DNA from: Macrostomum lignano
Lineage: Eukaryota
Assembly: GCA_002269645.1 (NCBI GenBank)
Contig: NIVC01003988.1
Coordinates: 1-64,000, forward strand
Length of the DNA: 64,000 bases
Direction: 5' to 3'
Shown: positions 1 to 13,920 of the stretch, piece by piece
Numbering within the stretch: the first letter of the stretch is position 1
Layout of the letters: each line of letters opens with the position of its first letter
Translations under genes and position numbers: made by a program
Notes under the pieces: generated by a model
Seen by the model: only the letters and a program-made list of their open reading frames with translations
What the model was told of the DNA's origin: nothing
The model's database searches: none

Positions 1-1004
1 TATGTTAACTTTAACACCATTAAAAACAGACAATGGAAACAAAAGTTATAAACTAAAATATAGTAGGACCTTGACAATAGACTTATAGTAATTCAAACAA
101 TTTATTGGAAAGTAGCAAAAGTACTTTTGATAGAATGCACCAGACTTTTGTTAGGCTGCTGTGATAAAGGGATATCTATGGAAAAACTTAGAGAAGCACA
201 TGGCTTTTAAATCATAAAATATTTCAAACTGGGCTTCAACTACTCGTATATTGCTGTTTATTCCCTCTTTTTTGCTACACTAAAATTCCTGGATGTGCAT
301 TCAAGTGCTGCTCAAAGGAGTGTGATATACACCCTTTGGGGGACAAGATAAAAGTTCAGCCACAATTTATGCTCAACTTTCATCGCTCATGGGTCTTAGC
401 AGTCAATTACCACAGCCTTTTGCAGCATTCATTGTGGCTAGTTACCTGTTTTTCAGCTACCACTTCAAAATTTAATTATAATATTATTAGTTTTTATAAA
501 AATATTAGTGCTAGTATTTAGTATTAGACTATCAGTAAAGCTTTAATTAATATGTAAGCTTCAATGAATTTTTTTCAATATATTGTATTAATGGACTCAA
601 AGGTCATAAAAAATAGTATTAACATTTTTGCATAAGCTGTTATCTTTAAATAGCTTTTTTGAGGTAGCCATACTAGTAGTTATTGGCTTTAAATTATCTA
701 GTTAACACAAAAAATTGATAAGTCTATTTTTCAGAAAATTGTTATTATAATGCTATTACATGTATTTCAGAATTCTTTACTGGTACCATTCAATACAATT
801 ATTATGTTATGTAAAAATGTTATATTTTATGTTGACATTACTATTGCACCTATAATAAAAAAGCACTATTTGTACTCAATGGTATATGCTTCAATTAAAT
901 CAAACTATTTCATGAATGTAGATTTACTTTTGTCATCAGACATTTTTGCTTTTAATTATGATTTTTAGGAAAAAAAATTTTAGAGTTAAAAAGCACATAG
1001 CTTG

Positions 1005-1835
1005 GGATTGACTGTCTCTAGGATCGGGATTTACTGTCTCTAGGATCGGGATTGGCTGTCTTTGGTATCGAGATTGGCTGTCTTTGGGATCGGGATTGGC
1101 TGTCTTGAGATCGGGATGGACTGTCTCTATGATCGGGATTGGCTGTCTTGAGATCGGGATTGACTGTCTCTAGGATCGGGATTTACTGTCTCTAGGATCG
1201 GGATTGGCTGTCTTTGGTATCGAGATTGGCTGTCTTTGGGATCGGGATTGGCTGTCTTGAGATCGGGATGGACTGTCTCTATGATCGGGATTGGCTGCCT
1301 TGAGATCGGATTGACTGTCTCTAGGATCGGGATTGGCTGTCTTGAGATCGGGATTAACTGTCTCTAGGATCGGGATTGGCTGTCTTTGGTATCGAGATTG
1401 GCTGTCTTTGGGATCAGGATTGGCTGTCTTGAGATCGGGATGGACTGTCTCTATGATCGGGATTGGCTGTCTTGAGATCGGGATTGACTGTCTCTATGAT
1501 CGGGATTGGCTGTCTTTGGTATCGAGATTGGCTGTCTTGGGATCGGGATTGACTGTCTCTAGGATCGGGATTGGCTGTCTTTGGTATCGAGATTGGCTGT
1601 CTTTGGTATCGGGATTGGCTGTCTTTGGTATCGAGATTGGCTGTCTTGGGATCGGATTGACTTCTCTAGGATCGGGAGTGGCTGTCTCTAGGATCGGGAT
1701 TGGCTGTCTTTGGTATCGGGATTGGCTGTCTTTGGTATCGAGATTGGCTGTCTTGGGATCGGGATTGACTGTCTCTAGGATCGGGATTGGCTGTCTCTAG
1801 GATCGGGATTGGCTGTCTTTGGGATCGGGATTGAC
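1005..1835. repeat. Minisatellite, ~21-bp unit (GGGATTGGCTGTCTCTAGGATC and variants)
   Basis: Dozens of degenerate tandem copies just downstream of the SLC22 stop; the ORFs at 1333-1800 are repeat translations. Boundaries approximate. Confidence 0.95.
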
Positions 1836-1921
1836 ATTCTAGATTAAGATACGAAAATCTGAAGTTCAGAGTGGATCCCATCAGCTTTAATCCTTCCAAG
1901 TTATCAGAAGAAACCGCTATA

Positions 1922-4707
1922 CTATGCAATCGTCATCTCCTCCATTGGCTTTTGCTTTATAATGCGCTGACTGTTAACAGCCTCCATGTCGTCGTCGTCA
2001 AGCAGACTCTGCGCTCGTTCCCTGCTGAACGTTTCAATTGCCCATTGTCGTTCCCGGCCACGGACAAGCCCCTCGGAGCTCGGCACAGTCTCCGGCAGCG
2101 GTAGGCCTTTTGTCTCTGGCAGGAGTAGCAACGACAAAGCGCTCACTATGCTAGTTATGCCGAATATTAATCCAGGAAGGAATGTGGCAACGTCCGATAG
2201 AGTATTAATAACCGGAGCCACTATATTGCTCAGCATAGCCAAGGTGGTCGCCAAAAACAGGCCATTGTTGCGCACCGATGTTGGAAATATTTCGGCGGCC
2301 CATACGTCGGCGATGCAATAGCCAGTTGTAAGAAGGCATTTGCCTGGTTTTAAAATTGAAAATTGCGATGGCGAATTAGTTCGAATATCTGACAGGGTAA
2401 TCATTTTTAAGGCTATTAAAAATAATTAGTTTTAAGAGGTTGAGACCAATCAGTAGTCACCATTGATTCGAAGCGTGCTGCGCTCGTATGCCGGCTCTTC
2501 AAAGTTTTCTACATATGAAACTTTCGCTTCCTAAATATTTCGTCTCCATGCCGTCACGTACTTTCGATCGTACTTGCATGAATTAAACATAATAATTGTT
2601 CAACAGTTCAAGGATTACTAAAAAGGTTCTACTTTGGTTAAGACCACAGATAATAAAATAGCTAGATGGGCCACTCAGGCATATATACTCGTAGTTAGTA
2701 AAATAGCTTTCTACTTTCAGTTCAGTAGCAATGAAGAATGTATAAGCTATTTTATAATTAAAATAAAGAAATGATTGGAATGCTTTAGGCTGGAATTCCA
2801 AGGCAAAAAGGAAAGGGGGGTTGTGTGGAAAGGCACTGTTGAAGTGTTTAAGCTAAGGGGTAAGAGCCGAAAAATGAGCCTTGGCTTTAAAAATACATTA
2901 AAATGCTTCTGTGTAACTTACTACTGATTTGCAAGTAGTTTGCACGCAAATGTGCTGAGTGGCCCATCTAGTTATTCTAGTTCTGTGGTTCAGACGGACG
3001 GAAGACGAAAAGAAAATTGAGACTAATCACCTTGTAGTAGACTATTATCTAACAGATTTTAGGCGAGCACAGAAAAAAAAGGTTGACAAAGTACATGCTA
3101 CAAAGTGCACTTTAAAATTCATTTCGTTTGTCGAATCCAGGCCTCGTAGAGTTTTCATCCCCAACACTCGAGTATCTGAGGTTTCCCCTAACATTGAAAT
3201 AACTCACCAACCATAGCCACGACCGCTTTAACAATATTATAAACGCCTCCAGTCGGCACTATTGGTACAGCAATCAGACAGAAGCCGCTTAGCACCGTGA
3301 TAATAACTGTGGTGTACTTTCTACCATATCGATCGCTGCCAAGCCAGCCAATAAATGAGCTTGGTATTTCTACGGCGCCATTGAGCAGCACGTTGAGCAC
3401 TATGTTGGTTGTGATGAAGGTCGTATCGGTGGACAAACCAAAGTAGCACATGGCAAACATTGCCAAATTGAAGAAGATAACAATGGACTTCATTCGCATC
3501 TCGGGGTAGGTTACGAGGTCCAGGATGTTTCCTGTTGGTTCTTCCTCCACATCTAGGGCCTGATAGTCGGATTGGTGATTAGTTGTCGATAAAGATCCAA
3601 ATCCAGACCTGAAAGAAATACTATAGAGAAGTGAAACTCACCTTGACTTTGGACACCTTGTGCTCCCACTTGATTCCGTTCCACTTGGCGATGCGCTTCA
3701 ATACGTCGACAGCCTCTTCGACGCGACCCTTCAGCACCAACCATCTGGGCGATTCTGGCACAACTATGAAGATAACTATGTAGTTAAGGCAGAATACAGT
3801 TGAAAATAGTTGAATCTTGTCCCACTCCTTGAAGATGTACACCACCACTCCGCTGAACATGTAGCCTACACACCAGAATAGCCAGTAAAGGTTACCCAAC
3901 ACGGCTCGATGTTTCTCTTCTGTCATCTCCTCCATGATAAGTAGGCCTTGATAATAGACGGCGGCTGGAAAGCCTTAAATCAATGGGTTGGTGGGAATTT
4001 TCTGACATGGTGCCTGAGCGTTGTACATGAGTTGGATTACATTTCAGAAGTTGCTCATTGACAGGTCAGAAAAGATAGCAACTGTGTGCTCTGTGTTAAG
4101 TTAGGGTGAGAGCTACATAGCTTATTCAAGGAAACGACGAGAATGTAAATCTTGAAAGTTGATCGCTACAAGAGTAGAACTCACCCTTTAGAAAGCGTGC
4201 AAATATCTGCGTCTCCGCTGTTGGCATAAAGGCTGGCAAAATTGTGGTTATTAAGTCTGTCACGCCGCACACGATCAAAATCTTCTTTCGGCCAATCTTG
4301 TCACCAAGCGTGCCAAACAGCATGCCGAGAGCGCAGCCGAGAAAGAACACCGACATCATGCCTGTGGCGTAGTGCTTCCTGTCGCAGACTAAATTGTACT
4401 CCTCTACCATCGATTTGCTGATTACATCGCCGTGTTGGTAGTCAAATTTAGTGCAAGTCTCGTTAATCAGCGTGAAGTTGGTGTCGTCTCCAACCAATCT
4501 TGATATTCTGCAGTGCTCGCTATAGTTTTGCGCCACATAATCGGAGCTATTTTGCTGGGCGCATCGAAACTTCGATTCGTGCAGAGTTAGCACCATCAGC
4601 TCTAGGTCCAGCACCGCTTTGAAGGAGGTAAACGACAATGCTAGAAATATTGCTTTCTGTACACGGCCGAAGCCGCCTATTTCTTTTAGGACGCTCTCGT
4701 ATTCCAT
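1922..4707 (-). CDS. SLC22-family organic cation/anion transporter (MFS), 4 exons, 542 aa
   Basis: Exons complement(4185-4707, 3642-3973, 3208-3559, 1922-2343) with GT-AG ends and matching phases, 1629 nt. Motifs: N-terminal EIGGFGRVQK, Cys-rich loop with YNLVCD, GDKIGRK, VPESPRWL, DRYGRK, AEIFPTSVRN, LPETKG. Subfamily member not assignable. Confidence 0.93.
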
Positions 4708-5329
4708 GCCCGCTTGTTCAAACGGATGAAACTGCAGGCACTCAAGTCTGCTTGTAGGATTCTCTCGGCCTCTTCTAAGTGGCTCGTTCTAGTTTTGCAT
4801 TTCTAGGCCAGCTCGCCGAACTTTGAGTTGTATTTATTATCTGCTCTCAGCTACCACTAGCGTGCGCGAGTCCAGTTCTGTTTTTTCAAGACTCGATTGG
4901 ACTGGCCTGATTGTTGACAGAAACCTGTGAACGACAACTGCTGGTGTGTACAATAAAGTAAATGTTGATCACGCCAGATAAAAATTATTCTACTAGCTAG
5001 TTAAATTTTGGCCACAATGCGCTTTGCTGATTAATTCGACAAGTTCAACCGTTACCATTGCAGATAGTGTGCTAGTGAAGTTTCTCTCCTCAGTTCGCCC
5101 TAAAGTATTGTCTCACTCATCTCTGTAGTTGAGTTTGAGCATTGTATTTGATCTTATCTAACTAGCTAACTTAAGCCTTTTATCTTGACTATCCACCACA
5201 TGTATATTGAGAGTAGCGACATTAGTAAGTTGTGTTCCTCTACCAACTTGGATACGGCAAAATACTTTTTAAAGTATTTCTATTTCCACTGCTTGATTAC
5301 AGTTTGTCTTGCTCTCTGAGTCGGTTTTT

Positions 5330-5451
<122 letters not shown>

Positions 5452-6185
5452 GGAAAAAGTAGCAGATGCAGATGTCTAACGACAAGGTGCTCTCTTACTT
5501 GCTTGCTCATATATATATATATATATATATATAATCCAGATAGTAGAAGTTGCTACCCAGTAATAAATTAATAAAAAATTCTCATTTTCGTACTGTGGCC
5601 TTGGAATGTACGTGTATGTTTATAGAAAAATTCAACTCGGCTTATCTACGAGTATACGTCATATTGCCGAGTTGTCAGTCATTTTTGATCTGGAAAAATG
5701 CAATCTCACTCTTAGAGTCTAAGGTCAATGAATAAAATATTTGTATTACATAAAGCAGTCAATTTTATTCTGTTTTTATTCGAAAGCTTAATTTCTGTCC
5801 GTAGATTATTTTAACTATTGAAGTGTTTTAGATTGGAAACAATAAGTCTCCAGTCCACGATATGTATGTTCACAAGTCCATATACAGACACTTCAAAAAT
5901 CCATTTGTACTTCAATAGTCTAATGTGTACTCGGAAGTCTATATATTTGTACTTAACACAAACAAGTATCCTGTGTACTTTTCTATGAGTTCACAATATA
6001 TCATTCTTTAAGTGTTGCCAAGTCCTAGTTTTATATCCCTAACCCCAATTCATGAGTTGAGTTCTTATACAGCGGTTGAAGAGCCATACTGAGCCGTGTA
6101 AATACACAAACATAGATATGGCTCTATCTGTGCAGCTTTTAAATTGTCAAAGAACTGTAGATTAAAACAGCAAGCACAATCAATC

Positions 6186-8009
6186 ATGTGCCTACCACAG
6201 TGGAGGCGATGGATCCGACCGCTTGTGTTCACGCTGTACATTGGCTTGGTGCTCACTGCACTGCCGCTCTGCGTTATTGAATTGAATAAAAAGGGCTCAC
6301 CAGCTAGTGTCAAGGCCTGGTTCATAGCCGGCTTGTTCGTAATGGTCACCTTGCCAGTGTCTCTATGGGCAATACTCGCGCACCTCATCAACTACACTAA
6401 TCCTGGCTTGCAGCGCTACATAATCAGAATATTATGGATGGTGCCGATTTATTCTTTAAACGCTTGGTTTGCTTTGAGATTCCCGAAACAGTCAATCTAT
6501 CTGGACACAATGAGAGAGTGCTACGAGGCTTATGTTATACACAATTTCATGATGTACTTGTTGTGCTACCTGCGATCCAGCTATCCGGATTTGGAGTTCA
6601 TGCTCGAGCAGAGAGATCCCGTTAAGCACCTGTTCCCTATCTGTTGTATGCCTCCCTGGCCTATGGGACGGTGAGAGCAGATGAGAAGCTTTGTGTTTGA
6701 ATTTTTGTATTTAAGTATATGAGAACTGTGCTCAATCTCCCCATGATAATCGGCCTCAGTCTCCCTATGAGATTCGGCCTCAATCTCCTTATGAGAATCG
6801 GCCTCAATCTCTCTATGAGAATCAGCCTCAATCTCCCTATGAGAATCGGCCTCAGTCTCCCTATGAGAATCAGCCTCAATCTCCCTATGAGAATCGCCCT
6901 CTATCTCCCTATGAGAATCAGCCGCAGTCTCCTTATGATAATCAGCCTCAATCTCCTTATGAGAATCGGCCTCAATCTCCCTTCGAGAATCAGCCTCAAT
7001 CTCCCTATGAGAATCAGCCTCAATCTCCCTATGAGAATCGGCCTCAGTCTCCCTATGAGAATCAGCCTCAATCTCCCTATGAGAATCGGCCTCAGTCTCC
7101 CTATGAGAATCGGCCTCAGTCTCCCTATGAGAATCAGCCTCAATCTCCCTATGAGAATCGGCCTCAGTCTCCCTATGAGAATCAGCCTCAATCTCCCTAT
7201 GAGAATCGCCCTCAGTCTCCCTATGAGAATCGACCTCAATCTCCCTATGAGAATCAGCCTCAATCTCCCTATGAGAATCGCCCTCTATCTCCCTATGAGA
7301 ATCGACCTCAATCTCCCTATGAGAATCGGCCTCAATCTCCCTATGAGAATCGACCTCAATCTCCCTGTGAGAATTCTGCTCAATCTCCCTATGAGAATCA
7401 GCCTCAGTCTATCTATGAGAATCGCCCTCAGTCTCCCTATAAAAATCTCCCCCCATTTCCCTATGAGAATTGCCCTAAATCTATAAAAACCTATTGTAGT
7501 ATTTAAATCGAAGTCAAATCCATGCCGGTATATTTTAGTAAAATGGACTGCAAGCATGTTGAGAATTGGCATTATTACAGACTGTAAGATCGAATGTATG
7601 TTTCTAAATAGTTACAAGTTTCGTTAAAATTAAAAGTTAAAATCTGCCTTTTTAAATCTGTTTTATCAGTTGTATTCTTTGCATGGTTTAGCTTATGCAA
7701 GTTACAAATTTAATTTTTTATCTGCGTTTTCATTGAAACATTTAAAACTATAATTTTGCAGGCCATTTTTAGACAGATGCAAGCATGGTGTTCTGCAGTA
7801 TTCTGTCATACGGCCTATCACTACAGTGATCACTTTGTGAGTAGTGTATTTTTTATAAACTTTTTCGTTACAGACCTACAGACAGATCTTGGTGAATACC
7901 TATTCAAATTAGTGTAAAAGTGCATTTTTATTCATTAATATTTTAGTGCTTTGTACTTTATGGTCCTTTGAATCTTCAATTAGTCTGAAAGATAGACAGA
8001 CAGACAGAC

Positions 8010-8044
<35 letters not shown>

Positions 8045-8074
8045 TAGACAGACAGACAGACACTAAGACAGACA

Positions 8075-8110
<36 letters not shown>

Positions 8111-9898
8111 GACAGACAGACACTGAGATAGACAGATAGACAGACAGACGGACACACACACAGACAGACAGACAGACAGACACTAAGACAGACAGACACA
8201 CAGACAAACACTAAGACAGACAGACACTAAGACAGACACTGAGATAGACAGATAGACAGACAGACAGACACACAGACAGACAGACAGACAGACGGACAGA
8301 CAGACACTGAGATAGACAGACAGACACACAGACAGACAGACAGACAGACAGACGGACAGACAGACACTGAGATAGACAGACAGACACACAGACAGACAGA
8401 CAGACAGACAGACAGACGGACAGACAGACACTGAGATAGACAGACAGACACACACACTCACACTCACACGCACACAGACAGACACAGTCAGCCTAACCCT
8501 ATTATTCCCGCACTGCCTTCCATTCACAACACTTCAGAATATGCGAATTACTCGGCGTCTATGGCGAAGGCGACTTTTTGAGGTTCGACTCGGCGTTTCC
8601 TTATATTCTGTTCGTGAACAACATGTCCCAAGTAGTAAGTTGTGCTTTTTGAAACTGGCTTTTATATTTTTCTTAATTAATCTATAATTTTGTAGAAGTT
8701 TACATTTAATGAAAAATAAATATTTAAATGATTCCAAGCCAAATCCCAGCTCTGGTAAGGGACACAAATGATCCCAAATCCCAGCTCTAGTAAAGGACAC
8801 AAATGATCCCAAATCCCAGCTCTGTGATAGGACACAAACGATCCCAAATCCCAGCTCTGTGATAGGACACAAACGATCCCAAATCCCAACTCTGTAATAG
8901 GACACAAACGATCCCAAATCCCAGCTCTGTGATAGGACACAAACGATCCCAAATCCCAACTCTGTAATAGGACACAAACGATCCCAAATCCCAACTCTGT
9001 GATAGGACACAAATGATCCCAAATCCCAGCTCTGTGATAGGACACAAATGATCCCAAATCCCAACTCTGTGATAGGACACAAATGATCCCAAATCCCAGC
9101 TCTGTGATAGGACACAAATGATCCCAAATCCCAACTCTGTGAAAGGACACAAATGATCCCAAATCTGGGATCCCAACTTGGGATAAATATCCCCTAACGC
9201 TTCCTCTAACCTTCTGCGCATCGCAGTGGGCTATGTACTGTCTAATCCTATTCTACAAGTGCTGCCGTCGGGAGCTCAGCCCGATGCGACCAGTTTCCAA
9301 ATTCCTGTGCGTGAAATTCGTGGTGTTCCTGTCATTCTGGCAGTCCATCGCCATCGCCATTCTGGCCGCCTCAGGCGTGATCGGCCGAGTGGAAGCCTGG
9401 AAACTTGAAGATCCAAAATCTGTGGCCAGAGCCTTGCAAGATTTCGCCATCTGCGTGGAGATGTTCCTAGCGGCATTGGCGCATTATTTTTCATTCTCGC
9501 ACAAACCGTATGTTGATCCTGGCGCTCCTAGTCAGAACTGCTGCAGATCATTCCTGAGCATGTGGGACGTGTCCGATGTTGGGCAGGACTTTGTTGAGCA
9601 CATTAATCATGTGTCTAATAGTGTGAGATCCACCTTGCCAAGTCGACGAAGTGGCGCCAGCGGCGGCGGCGATGGAGCGTCGCCAAGGAGGTCGGAACGG
9701 CGACCTCTGCTAGAAGCTGCTGGCGAAGACTTCGAGCCTGCAGGTGGCGCCTCCTCTGGCGCCTCCTCAGCTGAGGCTGGCATGCTTGCGGCAGTGCCAA
9801 TTGATCCCTGCGTTGAAGCTGCTGAAGCCGACTTTGATGCAGAGGCGTGCTCAGATGCTGGGACACACAGAGGAGGGAAATGGGTGGTTAATGCCTGA
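6186..9898 (+). CDS. TMEM184C: Transmembrane protein 184C-like (OSTalpha/TMEM184 family), 4 exons, 442 aa
   Basis: Exons 6186-6670, 7762-7836, 8538-8634, 9227-9898 (1329 nt, phases 2/2/0). Motifs [74 protein letters not shown] recalled as matching the TMEM184C subfamily. Confidence 0.92.
6730..7480. repeat. 24-bp minisatellite in TMEM184C intron 1 (CTCAATCTCCCTATGAGAATCGGC)
   Basis: About 30 tandem copies; the LNLPMRIG ORFs are repeat translations. Confidence 0.95.
7988..8490. repeat. (GACA)n microsatellite in TMEM184C intron 2
   Basis: GACA run with GATA, CA and CTAA interruptions. Confidence 0.97.
8740..9160. repeat. 35-bp minisatellite in TMEM184C intron 3
   Basis: Unit AAATCCCAGCTCTGTGATAGGACACAAATGATCCC, about 12 copies. 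Confidence 0.95.
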
Positions 9899-9984
9899 CT
9901 CATCGGCTGTTTCTTTTTGCTAAATATTGTCCAAGTCTTTAAATGCAGTATTTGCTTTTTAACTTTGCTTTTAGCTTTGTCTGG

Positions 9985-10950
9985 GGTCTGCAGTGAGATT
10001 CTAGAGCCTGCAGTGAGATTCTAGAGCCTGCAGTGAGATTCTAGAGCCTGCAGTGAGATTCTAGAGCCTGCAGTGAGATTCTAGAGCCTGCAGTGAAATT
10101 CTAGAGCCTGCAGTGAGATTCTAGGGTCTGCAGTGAGATTCTAGAGCCTGCAGTGAGATTCTAGGGTCTGCAGTAAGATTCTAGGGTCTGCGGTGAGATT
10201 CTAGGGTCTGCGGTGAGATTCTAGGGCCTGCAGTGAGATTCTAGGGTCTGCAGTGAGATTCTAGGGTCTGCAGTGAGATTCTAGGGTCTGCAGTGAGATT
10301 CTAGTGTCTCTCTTAAGTAAGGAGTGAGATTCTAGTGTCTCTCTCAAGTAAGGAGTGAGATTCTAGTGTCTCTCTTAAGTAAGGGGTGAGATTCTAGTGT
10401 CTCTCTCAAGTAAGGGGTGATATTCTAGTGTCTCTCAAGTAAGGGGTGATATTCTAGTGTCTCTCTAAAGTAAGGGGTGAGATTCTAGTGTCTCTCTTAA
10501 GTGAGGAGTGAGATTCTAGTGTCTCTCTCAAGTAAGGGGTGATATTCTAGTGTCTCTCTTAAGTAAGGGGTGATATTCTAGTGTCTCTCAAGTAAGGGGT
10601 GATATTCTAGTGTCTCTCAAGTAAGGGGTGATATTCTAGTGTCTCTCAAGTAAGGGGTGATATTCTAGTGTCTCTCAAGTAAGGGGTGATATTCTAGTGT
10701 CTCTCTCAAGTAAGGGATGATATTCTAGTGTCTCTCTCAAGTAAGGGATGATATTCTAGTGTCTCTCTCAAGTAAGGGGTGATATTCTAGTGTCTCTCTC
10801 AAGTAAGGGGTGATATTCTAGTGTCTCTCTCAAGTAAGGGATGATATTCTAGTGTCTCTCTCAAGTAAGGGGTGATATTCTAGTGTCTCTCTCAAGTAAG
10901 GGATGATATTCTAGTGTCTCTCAAATTTAGGGTGGGATTCTGGTGTCTCT
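9985..10950. repeat. Compound minisatellite: 20-bp unit grading into a 28-30-bp unit
   Basis: CTGCAGTGAGATTCTAGAGC copies followed by AAGTAAGGGGTGATATTCTAGTGTCTCTCTC copies; both share GATTCTAG/TATTCTAG. Confidence 0.93.
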
Positions 10951-11499
10951 GTGGAATGACTGAAAAAAGTTAATCAAAGGCTTTTACTTCCTATCTCATA
11001 GAATTGGTTCATTTTCGTGCATTGCTTATTTCATTCGTTTTGGTTAAATTCTGTGCGTGAATGAATATTTTGAAGCGTTATTGCACAATTGTAAATAGAT
11101 GAAGTTTAAGTTTTCTATGTTTTTTCACTTGACTAAAAAACTGTACGAACTGTTTTATGTAACAATTTTAATGCTAGGTTGCAGAAGCCTCTTTGTTTGC
11201 ATATAAAACTTTAACACCAATGCTTTATTGGAGTTAAATGTAGCAACTTCTTTTAAGTTAAATGTTAAAGAGAATCTCCTTTATCTGTATCCGTATTCAG
11301 AATGTTGGTTTCATAAGAAAATAGTAGCATGAGAGAAAACTGTAGCAATGGAAACCTTTGTGAGAGCTCGAACTCGGGACCTCATGTTATCTTTATTTCT
11401 CTTCTGTTCATTTGCTTTAGATTATGGATAATAGTTTTATGTTGAGTAGAGACAATGAGAAGTTGGGTAGAGAGAAGAGTAGGTTGATAGAAGGGTAGA

Positions 11500-11892
11500 G
11501 ACTATGGTAGGTTTGATGGAGAATGTAGTAGGTTGGGTACAGACAATGGAGTAGGTTAGGTAGAGACAATGGAGTAGGTTGGGTAGAGACAGTGGTAGAG
11601 TGGATAGAGACAGTGGTAGAGTAGATAGAGACAGTGGTAGAGTGGGTAGAGACAGTTGGGTAGAGACAGTGGTAGAGTGGGTAGAGACAGTGGTAGAGTG
11701 GATAGAGACAGTGGTAGAGTGGGTAGAGACAGTGGTAGAGTGGGTAGAGACAGTGGTAGAGTGGGTAGAGACAGTGGTAGAGTGGATAGAGACAGTGGTA
11801 GAGTGGGTAGAGACAGTGGTAGAGTGGGTAGAGACAGTGGTAGAGTGGGTAGAGACAGTGGTAGAGTGGGTAGAGACAGTGGTAGAGTGGGT
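11500..11892. repeat. 21-bp minisatellite (GAGACAGTGGTAGAGTGGGTA)
   Basis: Tandem copies; the WVETVVE and LYHCLYP ORFs are artefacts. Confidence 0.95.
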
Positions 11893-12419
11893 GAATTAAA
11901 AGGTAGCTTGGGCGGAGCAAAAGGATGCTGTGTAGCCTCTGTGCAGAGACAGTGTCTGCTGAGTCAGCAGAAAAATGTACATGCAAAGTAGAACCAGTGT
12001 TTTTAATAATACATAACATACAGACATAAATGCATAACCTTGGCAATTTTGATTTATTTCTATGCCAAAACGTTATCCAAGTCGCTATCACTTAAAAATA
12101 TATGTTTGACTATTGCGTTCTTTTGTTTAAACTATTGTTTAAAATAAATTTTGTTTAATAATTACATTAAATTGAAAGTGCTTCTTGAAATTTTACATGA
12201 AGTTTAATTTTGTCATTCCTCTACTACAATTTTCTAATGCACAATCGTTGTTATTGCGTTAAACTTGCCTGCACACACAGAAATTTAGTACCCGGATGTT
12301 TCTTGGAAAGGAATAAATAAATTTATTTTTGTTACAATACTGTATGGTTTGTTTCTTTTCTAGAGATAAGCGTCTTTTTTCGTCGACTTTGATAATTTTT
12401 ATGTTGAATTTTTAGGGTT

Positions 12420-13848
12420 TGGTCACCCCTGAATGTCCTGAAGTTTTTTAGGTTTTAGACACCCCTGAATGTCCTGAAGTTTTTAGGTTTTAGACACCCC
12501 TGAATGTCCTGAAGTTTTTAGGTTTTAGACACCCCTGAATGTCCTGAAGTTCTTAGGGTTTAGACACCCCTGAATGTCCTGAAGTTTTTAGGTTTTAGAC
12601 ACCCCTGAATGTCCTGAAGTTTTTAGGTTTTAGACACCCCTGAATATCCTGAAGTTCTTAGGGTTTAGACACCACTGAATGTCCTGAAGTTTTTCCGGTT
12701 TAGACACCACTGAATGTCCTGAAGTTTTTCCGGTTTAGACACCACTGAATGTTCTGAAGTTCTTAGGGTTTAGACACCACTGAATGTCCTGAAGTTTTTC
12801 CGGTTTAGACACCACTGAATGTCCTGAAGTTTTTCCGGTTTAGACACCACTGAATGTCCTGAAGTTTTTCCGGTTTAGACACCACTGAATGTTCTGAAGT
12901 TCTTAGGGTTTAGACACCACTGAATGTCCTGAAGTTTTTCCGGTTTAGACACCACTGAATGTCCTGCAGTTTTTCCGGTTTAGACACCACTGAATGTCCT
13001 GAAGTTCTTAGGGTTTAGACACCCCTGAATGTCCTGAAGTTTTTAGGTTTTAGACACCCCTGAATATCCTGAAGTTCTTAGGGTTTAGACACCACTGAAT
13101 GTCCTGAAGTTTTTCCGGTTTAGACACCACTGAATGTCCTGAAGTTTTTCCGGTTTAGACACCACTGAATGTTCTGAAGTTCTTAGGGTTTACACACCAC
13201 TGAATGTCCTGCAGTTTTTCCGGTTTAGACACCACTGAAGGTCCTGAAGTTTTTCCGGTTTAGACACCACTGAAGGTCCTGAAGTTTTTCCGGTTTAGAC
13301 ACCACTGAATGTTCTGAAGTTCTTAGGGTTTAGACACCACTGAATGTCCTGAAGTTTTTCCGGTTTAGACACCACTGAATGTCCTGCAGTTTTTCCGGTT
13401 TAGACACCACTGAATGTCCTGAAGTTCTTAGGGTTTAGACACCACTGAATGTCCTGAAGTTCTTAGGTTTTAGACACCACTGAATGTCCTGAAGTTCTTA
13501 GGGTTTAGACACCACTGAATGTCCTGAAGTTCTTAGGGTTTAGACACCACTGAATATCCTGAAGTTCTTAGGGTTTAGACACCACTGAATGTCCTGAAGT
13601 TTTTAGGCTTTAGACACCCCTGAATGTCCTGAAGTTTTTCCGGTTTAGACACCACTGAATGTCCTGAAGTTTTTAGGGTTTATAGACACCACTGAATGTC
13701 CTGAAGTTTTTCCGGTTTAGACACCACTGAATGTCCTGAAGTTTTTCCGGTTTAGACACCACTGAATGTCCTGAAGTTTTTAGGCTTTAGACACCCCTGA
13801 ATGTCCTGAAGTTTTTCCGGTTTAGACACCACTGAATGTCCTGAAGTA
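12420..13848. repeat. 35-bp minisatellite (GGTTTAGACACCACTGAATGTCCTGAAGTTTTTCC)
   Basis: About 40 copies ending ~70 bp upstream of the ATG at 13921. Confidence 0.95.
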
Positions 13849-13920
13849 GATACCTTAAGTCGTTATAAGTTACATAATATTTCTCATTGCTGATTCTCAA
13901 ATCAAAGCAGTCAGATCAAT

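Noticed and set aside
11345-11390. tRNA gene on the minus strand (GAGGTCCCGAGTTCGAG)
   Set aside because: Only a T-arm/B-box-like piece, with no D-arm, A-box or acceptor stem.
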